Of a stretch of 64,000 nucleotides of DNA, positions 48,494 to 55,625 are shown one piece after another (position 1 is the stretch's first letter; every line of letters starts with the position of its first letter). The position numbers were made by a program, and so were the translations under genes. The stretch is taken from IMG/VR virus record IMGVR_UViG_3300042453_005404, positions 1 through 64,000 of that record; one strand, given 5' to 3'. The notes beneath the pieces were generated by a model. It was not told where the DNA came from. It did no database searches and saw only the letters and a program-made list of their open reading frames with translations.

Positions 48494-48518
48494 GATATTC
48501 AAAACCATGTGATATACT
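48490..48518 (+). promoter_or_regulatory. Early promoter TTGAGA-N17-TATACT, predicted leaderless for mnmA
   Basis: The -10 ends 6 nt before ATG 48525. Confidence 0.75.
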
Positions 48519-48524
48519 TGTTTC

Positions 48525-49559
48525 ATGGCAAAGATTCTCGTTGGGCTTTCTGGTGGTGTAGATTCTGCCGTTGTTGCTGCTTTGTTGAAGCGACAAGGGC
48601 ATGAAGTCTATGGTTATACCCTTAAGCTTCTAGAAACACTTGACAGTGATGAAGGTGAGGGTTGCTGCACCTTCAAGGATATTCGTGATGCTCGTATGAT
48701 TTGTGATCAGATGGGTATTGAATACCTTGTCACAAACTGGAAGCAACAGTTCAAGGAAAAGGTTATTGATCGTTACCTTGATGGAGCCAAACAAGGTATT
48801 GCTTACAATCCGTGTGTAACGTGTAATAGCACCATCAAACTTCCAGTGCTTGCTGCGGTTGCCAATCATTTTGGCTGCGAGTATATTGCTACTGGACACT
48901 ATGCAAGAGTAAACAATGGACGAATCAGCAGGGCAAAAAATCTCAAAAAAGATCAAAGCTATTTTCTCTGGGAAACTCCATCAGATGTTGTTTCTCGACT
49001 TATCTTTCCCCTTGGAGATTTTGATAGCAAGGAAGATACTAGAGCTCTTGCCCGTGAGTTTGGTCTTCACGTCGCTGACAAGAAGGATTCAACCGACTTG
49101 TGCTTTCTTGCTGGAGGTACCAAGGAAGAGTTTTTGGAGCGAAACAACGTTGTTTCCTTTGGTGGTAACTTTGTTGATGTTGATGGAAAGGTAGTAGGAA
49201 AGCATGAAGGATACACAAAATACGTCGCAGGACAGCGTGCCAACATTGCTGGCAGTAATAATGCTCGTTACGTTCTCAATGTTGTACGTTCTACTGGGAA
49301 CGTCGTGGTTGGTTCAAGGGAGCAGGCCAGTTCTCGATCTTTCTTTCTCACCAACGCTAGGATCGATTTTAAGGTAGGTGTAGATACGGTTACAGCAGTT
49401 ACCCGCTATCATTCATCTCCTGTCGCTGTAGAGGCTATTACGAGCTCTGACAGTGGTGTAAATGTTTCTTTGCGGGAATCTGTGTTTGGTGTTGCAAAGG
49501 GACAGAGCTGTGTGTTTTATTGCGGTGATGAAGTTGTTGGTGGAGGGGTGATTTCATGA
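48525..49559 (+). CDS. mnmA: tRNA U34 2-thiouridylase
   Basis: PP-loop LSGGVDS, GCC, NPCVTCN, IATGHYARV, KDQSYFL, KKDSTDLCF and GQSCVFY. Confidence 0.92.
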   Translation: MAKILVGLSGGVDSAVVAALLKRQGHEVYGYTLKLLETLDSDEGEGCCTFKDIRDARMICDQMGIEYLVTNWKQQFKEKVIDRYLDGAKQGIAYNPCVTCNSTIKLPVLAAVANHFGCEYIATGHYARVNNGRISRAKNLKKDQSYFLWETPSDVVSRLIFPLGDFDSKEDTRALAREFGLHVADKKDSTDLCFLAGGTKEEFLERNNVVSFGGNFVDVDGKVVGKHEGYTKYVAGQRANIAGSNNARYVLNVVRSTGNVVVGSREQASSRSFFLTNARIDFKVGVDTVTAVTRYHSSPVAVEAITSSDSGVNVSLRESVFGVAKGQSCVFYCGDEVVGGGVIS

Positions 49560-49849
49560 TTATCGGTGAGTTGTACTTTGTGAAAGAGCTTTTCTGGCTT
49601 CTCTTTCCAACGAAAGAACTGGCGTCGAAGCGATGGTGCTTTGCGGCGACCGGCGGTCGAGCGAAGCAGGTGAAGGGGGCAGTTTCTTTTGTTGAACCAA
49701 AGACTTATGTTGTTTTTCTTGAAGAAGATGAAAATGTAAATGAATGTTGCTATAAACTGCTTGATTCAAATGGTAACATTGGTTGGATTGGTTGGAATAG
49801 CTGTTCTGATTTCTCTAGCTATTTCGAGCTTGTAAAGGCAAATCAATGA
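49556..49849 (+). CDS. Hypervariable-cassette paralog 1 (small beta-barrel-like)
   Basis: IGELYFVK...LFPTKE-[GC-rich 49619-49681]-VEPKTYVV...KLLDSNGNIGW. Confidence 0.8.
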   Translation: MIIGELYFVKELFWLLFPTKELASKRWCFAATGGRAKQVKGAVSFVEPKTYVVFLEEDENVNECCYKLLDSNGNIGWIGWNSCSDFSSYFELVKANQ

Positions 49850-50148
49850 GTGATATTCAAATCGGTGAGCTTTATTTGGTTAAAGGTTTCTGTCTTCTCA
49901 TTCCAACAAAAGAACGGGCGTCGAGGCGGTTGTCGGGGGGGTGCGGGCGACCGGCGGCGTATCGACATGCAAAAGAGTTAAGCCAAATTTTTAAATGCAA
50001 CGTTTCTGTTGTTGAACCAAACACTTACGTTGTTTTGCTTGAAATGGATGAAGTATATTTCAAGGTTCTTGACTCAAACGGTAACATTGGTTGGATTTAT
50101 TGCTCTGATTTCTCTGGTTATTTCAAGCTTGTAAAGGCAAATCAATGA
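49846..50148 (+). CDS. Hypervariable-cassette paralog 2
   Basis: Same scaffold; GC-rich cassette at 49915-49965. Confidence 0.8.
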   Translation: MSDIQIGELYLVKGFCLLIPTKERASRRLSGGCGRPAAYRHAKELSQIFKCNVSVVEPNTYVVLLEMDEVYFKVLDSNGNIGWIYCSDFSGYFKLVKANQ

Positions 50149-50459
50149 GTGATTTCATGATTATCGGTGAGTTGTATTTGGTTAAAAGTTACCACTGGTT
50201 TCTCTTTCCAGCAAAAGAGCAGGCGACGGGGGTCGATGCGGCGAGGGTGGCGGTGAGGGTGTCGCAGAGTTATGCAAAATGGTTCAGCCAAGAATTTAAA
50301 TGCAAAGTTTTTGTTGTTGAACCAAACACTTATGTTGTTTTGCTTGAAGTAAATGAAAATGAATGTTGCTATAAACTGCTTGATTGTAATGGAAACGTTG
50401 GTTGGATTTATTGTTCTGATTTTTCCGACTATTTCGAGCTTGTAAAGGCAAATCAATGA
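50145..50459 (+). CDS. Hypervariable-cassette paralog 3
   Basis: Same scaffold; GC-rich cassette at 50220-50267. Confidence 0.8.
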   Translation: MSDFMIIGELYLVKSYHWFLFPAKEQATGVDAARVAVRVSQSYAKWFSQEFKCKVFVVEPNTYVVLLEVNENECCYKLLDCNGNVGWIYCSDFSDYFELVKANQ

Positions 50460-50770
50460 GTGATATTCAAATCGGTGAGTTGTATTTGGTAAAAGAGTTT
50501 TTCTGGTTTCTCTTTCCAACAAAAGAACTGGCGAGGCGGGTGCAGACCGCCGTGGTGGCGGCGGCGAGGTACAGGGCGAAGGCGGCGTGGCGTAATGCAA
50601 AAATGTTAAGCAAAGATTATAACTGCAACGTTTTTGTTGTTGAACCAAACACTTGCTTTGTTTTGCTTGAAGAAGATGAAAATTTTTTCAAGGTTCTTGA
50701 CTCAAACGGTACCGTTGGTTGGATTCGTTGTAGGGATTTTTCCGACTTTTTCGAACTTGTAAAGGAATAA
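50456..50770 (+). CDS. Hypervariable-cassette paralog 4
   Basis: Same scaffold; GC-rich cassette at 50528-50593. Confidence 0.8.
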   Translation: MSDIQIGELYLVKEFFWFLFPTKELARRVQTAVVAAARYRAKAAWRNAKMLSKDYNCNVFVVEPNTCFVLLEEDENFFKVLDSNGTVGWIRCRDFSDFFELVKE

Positions 50771-50774
50771 AGCA

Positions 50775-50990
50775 ATGCTTCAATTTGGAAAGCTTTATCG
50801 GTTCAATAGCGCACACGAAGACTTTATGGTAAGCACAAGGCGTGGTTGGAAGTTTGTCGGTAAAAACACTATGTTTGTTTTGCTTAAAGAAGAAGACGAG
50901 CATTATGTTGTTTTGCTATCTGATGGTGTGATTGGCAACGTTTACACAAATGAAGGTTCGCTAGACTTGGTAACAAAGGATAACATATGA
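50775..50990 (+). CDS. Small beta-barrel-like protein, distant relative of the array, no GC cassette
   Basis: FGKLYRF...NTMFVLLKE...VLLSDGVIG. Confidence 0.65.
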   Translation: MLQFGKLYRFNSAHEDFMVSTRRGWKFVGKNTMFVLLKEEDEHYVVLLSDGVIGNVYTNEGSLDLVTKDNI

Positions 50991-51241
50991 ATGACTTTAA
51001 TGTAAAGATTGGCAAGATATACGAGATAGAGTCTTTGGAAGGCAAACAAAAAATAGGTGGTGGTACCACTTTCATGGTTAGAGTTGAATCTAATCGTTGG
51101 ATTAACTATCCGTGCAAAGGTACAACAGCTTTGGTCTTGGATCTTCCTTCGCTCTCGGGTTTTTATAAAGCGTTGTTCAACGATGGCACTATTGGTGAGT
51201 TTTATGTTGCGGGCGATAGGTTTCGTGAGGTATTGAAATGA
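50987..51241 (+). CDS. Small beta-barrel-like protein, distant relative of the array
   Basis: KIGKIYEI...ALVLDL...YKALFNDGTIGEF. Confidence 0.6.
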   Translation: MNDFNVKIGKIYEIESLEGKQKIGGGTTFMVRVESNRWINYPCKGTTALVLDLPSLSGFYKALFNDGTIGEFYVAGDRFREVLK

Positions 51242-51296
51242 TCGAAATCGGTAAGCTATAGAATGGCCGGAACAGACGTTGATCCAAAATAATACC

Positions 51297-51325
51297 TTTA
51301 GATATTTGTTAAAGAATGGTAATAT
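51297..51325 (+). promoter_or_regulatory. Early promoter TTTAGA-N17-TAATAT, predicted leaderless
   Basis: The -10 ends 6 nt before ATG 51332. Confidence 0.72.
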
Positions 51326-51331
51326 AAAAGT

Positions 51332-51520
51332 ATGAAGTACAAGGTTCGCAACTGGATTGCTGTGTCGGCTTGGAATCGCAAGGGTGGTGAGCATTCACGT
51401 TCACAAAACGAGCCCCGTGGAGGCCAGCGTAACGTTCAACGTGAATATCTTGATGAATATGAAAACGAGATTGACGATGAAAGCGATTTTCATGACGATT
51501 TCAACGATTGTTGGGATTGA
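51332..51520 (+). CDS. Small bipolar protein (basic N-terminus, acidic C-terminus)
   Basis: 62-aa ORF directly at the early promoter. Confidence 0.6.
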   Translation: MKYKVRNWIAVSAWNRKGGEHSRSQNEPRGGQRNVQREYLDEYENEIDDESDFHDDFNDCWD

Positions 51521-51557
51521 AAATCAAAAAACAACATAAAACAAAGGCAAAATCATT

Positions 51558-51788
51558 TTGATCACACTATATATGAACACCAAGAACAACAACAGTGTAC
51601 ATTTGCTTGACACTTTGTTCGTTGGCAAGCGATACAAGTTTCATTTCACCCATCGCAAGGCATGTATTGGTGTTGTTTGTGACGTTGATAAAAGCAAACA
51701 AACGTTTGTTGTTTACGATGTTGCAACCGCTGGTTACGAGTTGATTCCTGTGCAACGGCTTATGTCGTGTGAAGGAATCAACCGATAA
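51558..51788 (+). CDS. Small beta-rich hypothetical protein
   Basis: LFVGKRYKF...IGVVCDV...FVVYDV. Confidence 0.55.
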   Translation: MITLYMNTKNNNSVHLLDTLFVGKRYKFHFTHRKACIGVVCDVDKSKQTFVVYDVATAGYELIPVQRLMSCEGINR

Positions 51789-51793
51789 TATTT

Positions 51794-52099
51794 ATGAAGA
51801 AGAAAGGATCGACTATGCGAACACAAACTGCAAAATCTGGGGATGTTGTTGTTATTTACGGTCGTACCACCTATGACCGTCAAATCATCAAGTATACCGA
51901 TGCAAAGGATTTGGTAGCGTATCTTCGTGAACGTGACTATCCAGAAGGAGATGTTACAACCAACGAAGAATATATGCGCCTTGTTCTTTCTCGCATCAAA
52001 GAAGCATACGAGGATTTCAACTTGCCATATCACAATGAAGATGCGTTTGTTTCCGCATTGTTTCGAATGGGAATGTTTGGAAAAGCAACGCTAAACTAG
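51794..52099 (+). CDS. Hypothetical protein
   Basis: 101-aa ORF; possible later start MRTQT after an AAGGA SD. Confidence 0.6.
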   Translation: MKKKGSTMRTQTAKSGDVVVIYGRTTYDRQIIKYTDAKDLVAYLRERDYPEGDVTTNEEYMRLVLSRIKEAYEDFNLPYHNEDAFVSALFRMGMFGKATLN

Positions 52100-52107
52100 G
52101 TACAATA

Positions 52108-52359
52108 ATGATAGGCAAAATGTATGAGCTAGCGAAAGCCAGAATGATCGAAACAATGGTTTTCGATGAAAGCTTTAAAGTCATCGATTCTATGAAACAA
52201 GGTGATTTTTTTGTGGTGATCGAACACTTATCTGCTCCTGTCGTAGATCAATATGATAGAATCCATAAAATCCATAAACTCAAACTTCTAACTCCCAAAG
52301 GCCGCACAGGATATTCGACCTTTTGGGACGACGAAATCAAACCAGCTAAAACACCTTGA
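52108..52359 (+). CDS. Small beta-barrel-like protein, distant relative of the array
   Basis: MIGKMYEL...FFVVIE...KLKLLTPKGRTGY. Confidence 0.65.
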   Translation: MIGKMYELAKARMIETMVFDESFKVIDSMKQGDFFVVIEHLSAPVVDQYDRIHKIHKLKLLTPKGRTGYSTFWDDEIKPAKTP

Positions 52360-52391
52360 TATCCAGCAAAAATAAAAATCGTAGATATTGT

Positions 52392-52420
52392 TTTAGATAA
52401 TCCCAGCCGTGTGATATTCT
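52392..52420 (+). promoter_or_regulatory. Early promoter TTTAGA-N17-TATTCT
   Basis: Read directly; 29 nt upstream of ATG 52450. Confidence 0.72.
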
Positions 52421-52449
52421 GATTTCAGAAAGAGAGACAGAGAAAACAA

Positions 52450-52701
52450 ATGGCTCGTATTCGTTCAAGTGAGTTCGTTACTTTCGTCAACACCGGCAAG
52501 AGCTTCAAGTTTGGTGCTCTCACCATGAAGGGTGACGAAGTTCGTAGCTACAACACCGTGATCGCTACGGTTGATCGTGGTAACAAGACCGTTACGATCA
52601 ATCCTCGCAAGTACAGCGTTACAACCACCATTCATCAGCGTGCTGCCGAGGTTGGTATGCACTATCTTCCCGATTTCACTGTTTCGTATCTTTCGGTTTG
52701 A
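52450..52701 (+). CDS. Hypothetical early protein
   Basis: SYNTVIA...KYSVTTTIHQ; C/G-ending codons. Confidence 0.65.
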   Translation: MARIRSSEFVTFVNTGKSFKFGALTMKGDEVRSYNTVIATVDRGNKTVTINPRKYSVTTTIHQRAAEVGMHYLPDFTVSYLSV

Positions 52702-52724
52702 TTAAGTAAAAAGTAGAAAAGACA

Positions 52725-52910
52725 ATGGCAAATCACAACAAGAACAAGCGTTATGGTGGCAGCGAGCGGGTTGAGCGGGTGCGCAAGGCTCGCCCGAGGG
52801 GGCAGGAAGCTCTTGAGAGGCAGCGGCAACGCAAGCTTGAAAGGGGTTCAGTTCGTCCACTACCAGAAACCGATTACGATCTTCTTATCGATTACACTAA
52901 CCTTGACTGA
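52725..52910 (+). CDS. Small basic hypothetical protein
   Basis: 61-aa Arg-rich ORF. Confidence 0.5.
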   Translation: MANHNKNKRYGGSERVERVRKARPRGQEALERQRQRKLERGSVRPLPETDYDLLIDYTNLD

Positions 52911-52919
52911 GGTTTAGTC

Positions 52920-53336
52920 GTGAATCGACTCATCGATGCTGCTCTGAGTTTTGCTCGTGAGCATAAGCATGACAGCGATATGCCTGCATGGGTAACTGCC
53001 ATGATTGTGTCCGGTGGACGAGTTTTGTCCGTTGGTTACAATAATCGTGCAAACAGTGGCTTGCAAGAGCGTTATAAGCAAAACCCTCATTGCAACTCTA
53101 TCCATGCAGAGGTTGACGCTATTCTCAACGTTCGACGCAAGATTGATCTGACGGGCAGCAAGATTGTTGTTGTTCGTAGGTTGCGTTTCGATTCCGAGCG
53201 CAATCCTGCTCTTGGTATGGCAAAGCCTTGCGTTACCATGTGTCAGGCTATCTTGTATGCTTATGGCATCAAGAAGGCAATCTATACCATTAACACCAAT
53301 GAATATGGGGTTATGAGGATTGTTGATCCTCGCTAA
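52920..53336 (+). CDS. Zn-dependent cytidine/dCMP-deaminase-like protein
   Basis: VLSVGYN, SIHAEVDAI and AKPCVTMC (an atypical PCxxxC). Confidence 0.8.
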   Translation: MNRLIDAALSFAREHKHDSDMPAWVTAMIVSGGRVLSVGYNNRANSGLQERYKQNPHCNSIHAEVDAILNVRRKIDLTGSKIVVVRRLRFDSERNPALGMAKPCVTMCQAILYAYGIKKAIYTINTNEYGVMRIVDPR

Positions 53337-53346
53337 AAGGAACAAA

Positions 53347-53655
53347 ATGCAAAAACCTCCTCGTTGGTTTATTGCTGGTAAAATGTATACGTGGGCACCG
53401 TGTCCCATGGGCGTGGGGCGTGGGGCAGATAGCAAGTATTACGTACAAACAGCTTCTCCAAAAACTGCTTCATTTCGAGAAAGACAACAAGCTGAAGAGA
53501 TTAGCATCAGCACAAACGAATGTGTTGTAATGCTTGAAGTTGAATGGTATAAAGAAGATCTTCTGGCTAAAATACTCACAGAGAACGGTAGAATCGGATG
53601 GGTCAGAATCTCTCCGTTTTATGTTCATGAATGGAAACAAGTAACAGGTTCCTAA
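53347..53655 (+). CDS. Small beta-barrel-like protein related to the array, with a short GC-rich patch
   Basis: AGKMYTW-[GC patch]...VVMLEVE...KILTENGRIGWV; AAGGA SD before ATG 53347. Confidence 0.7.
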   Translation: MQKPPRWFIAGKMYTWAPCPMGVGRGADSKYYVQTASPKTASFRERQQAEEISISTNECVVMLEVEWYKEDLLAKILTENGRIGWVRISPFYVHEWKQVTGS

Positions 53656-53707
53656 CAACAAACGATTTTAAAGGCATTATACAGGCAAGAAAGAAAAGGA
53701 AAGCACA

Positions 53708-54115
53708 ATGAGTCAAGTAACAGAAAAGACAGTCACGGTTAAGGTTAAGAATCATCCCAGAGACATGTTTTATTCTGGCAAACAAACCAGAGATCATCTT
53801 AACGGCATGATGAAGTATATGGCTTCAAAGAAATGTTTTCCAGATAACGACCTTGTTAAGGCATTTCTTAACACTGTAAATGTTGGTGATATTGTTGGTG
53901 TGGAACATAACCAATATAGAGTAGAAGAAGTATCTGAACACAGCTTTATTGGGTTGAATGCTCTTTCAAAGGAGCGTATGACTCTTAGCTCGGAAGATCT
54001 TACGATGGGACTTGGTTCTGGATTTTGTGAGATTCTGTACAGGGATGGAAAGCCTTACGGCATTGAAACCGAGAAACAAGTAAAGGTTAAAATCGTAGAT
54101 CACTCAAAAACTTGA
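53708..54115 (+). CDS. Hypothetical protein
   Basis: 135-aa ORF with an AAGGA SD. Confidence 0.65.
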   Translation: MSQVTEKTVTVKVKNHPRDMFYSGKQTRDHLNGMMKYMASKKCFPDNDLVKAFLNTVNVGDIVGVEHNQYRVEEVSEHSFIGLNALSKERMTLSSEDLTMGLGSGFCEILYRDGKPYGIETEKQVKVKIVDHSKT

Positions 54116-54148
54116 GTTTTTAGTTGATCTTGGATAGCTTTGTTCCTT

Positions 54149-54826
54149 CTACTTCCTTCTAAAAAAGTCTGTCACTCTCTGGAGCATACCTTGGTTTTGT
54201 GATGGTGCTGGTGGGGTTGTTGCAGCAACATTTCCCGCTGCTGGTCGTGCTGGAATTGTTGTCGCCGCAGTTGGCGCAGAGCTTGTTTGGGGTGAAGAAG
54301 CTGGAGGCCGTGCGGATCGTTGAGGTTGAGATGGAGGAGTAAAAATACGTGTTATATCTTCGTCAGAAAGTCCTCTGCCCTTCAGAAATTTGATATAATC
54401 TTCTCGATCTTTTTCCTGATAATATTTTTTCTTTTCTTCTGGAGACATATCAGGAGCAGATGGAGTTGTTGAATCCAATGGAGGGCGACGACGTAGGGGA
54501 GATGGTGGCCGAGGTGTTTCCATTTTTCCAAAATCCCCTTGTCTTTCTGGAATTTTACCACCAATAAAATTGGCAAGAGTTTTGATATTGCTAGCTGCGT
54601 TACTTGCGTCTTCTGCATCTTGTTTTGTTGGAGCAGCTTGTTTAACCAAATGCTCGATATTATTGATAAGTTCTTTAATTTCTTTTTGTGAGCTGTTTAT
54701 AACCTCTGGAGAAGATCGACTAATTTTGTTGGAGGGCGAAGGCGCTAAATTGGGTTTGTTGGTTGCCAACCGAGCTTTTAAGTCTGGTGGTTTTGGGCCT
54801 TCAAAAAGTATGTCATATAACTTCAT
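54149..54826 (-). CDS. Pro-rich protein with an MKLYDILFE leader, putative head-internal
   Basis: Start re-called at 54826; TATTTA upstream. Confidence 0.65.
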   Translation of the reverse strand: MKLYDILFEGPKPPDLKARLATNKPNLAPSPSNKISRSSPEVINSSQKEIKELINNIEHLVKQAAPTKQDAEDASNAASNIKTLANFIGGKIPERQGDFGKMETPRPPSPLRRRPPLDSTTPSAPDMSPEEKKKYYQEKDREDYIKFLKGRGLSDEDITRIFTPPSQPQRSARPPASSPQTSSAPTAATTIPARPAAGNVAATTPPAPSQNQGMLQRVTDFFRRK

Positions 54827-54861
54827 ATAAGTTAGAAATAAATATATGGCTTTAAGCAATT

Positions 54862-55587
54862 TTAACGATTGTTAATTGCATCTTTAAATGCTTGCTTTAT
54901 CGCTTCTTCAAGACCAATACGGTTTCTGAACCTTTGAAAAAGGCTTTGCTTTGTTGGTGTTGCTTGTGGCAATGGAGTTGTTGGAGCATTTCGCATTGTT
55001 CTTTCAATGTCAACTTGTGGAACAGGTTGTGTTTGATTAGGTCTATATTGAGGTTGTGTTTTAGCGAATGCTAAAGCAGCTTGTGTTGCTTGCTGTGGTG
55101 ATGGTGACTTTGTAGGCTTCTGTTCCTGTGGTGTTGTAATTGATCTTGCGCTAGGTTGGGGCAAAGCAGTAGAACTAGCAGCAGAACTTACAACGGGTTG
55201 TTGTGGTTCTGGTTTAGTTTTATAACCTTTCATGTCGGCAATTGCACTAATGATTGGGTCTACATCTTCAATTGCTTTTTTAGCTGCAACAACTTCTTCT
55301 TTTGATGGATCTTTCTTATTGGCAAGGTTTGAAATAGCTGGCAATTCATTTTTGATTTTTTCTCGCATTTTGGTTATTAATTGACTTGGTTCAAATTCCA
55401 TCCTGCCAGACTTTGAAGGCTTATCATAAGGACTCGGTTTTATTTTAGCTCTTGGTGCTCTTATTTTGGTTGGTGGGTTGGTTGGTGGGTTATTGGTTGT
55501 CGGCACTGTGGAGTCTCCGTGCCGTCCAACTCGTTGCGGTGGAGGTGCATCTTCATACAAAAATTCGTACAAACTATACTTTGTCAT
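54862..55587 (-). CDS. Pro/Thr-rich protein with a YSLYEFLYED leader, similar in layout to 54149..54826
   Basis: Disordered-helical-disordered layout; TATTTA upstream. Confidence 0.65.
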   Translation of the reverse strand: MTKYSLYEFLYEDAPPPQRVGRHGDSTVPTTNNPPTNPPTKIRAPRAKIKPSPYDKPSKSGRMEFEPSQLITKMREKIKNELPAISNLANKKDPSKEEVVAAKKAIEDVDPIISAIADMKGYKTKPEPQQPVVSSAASSTALPQPSARSITTPQEQKPTKSPSPQQATQAALAFAKTQPQYRPNQTQPVPQVDIERTMRNAPTTPLPQATPTKQSLFQRFRNRIGLEEAIKQAFKDAINNR

Positions 55588-55625
55588 AAGGTTACAAATA
55601 AATATATCATTGTTACAATAGTAAT

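Noticed and set aside
49556-50770. Classical diversity-generating retroelement
   Set aside because: No reverse transcriptase, Avd or template repeat is present in the window, and the variable segments differ in length, unlike fixed-length A-to-N VRs. It is kept only as a hypothesis in the findings.
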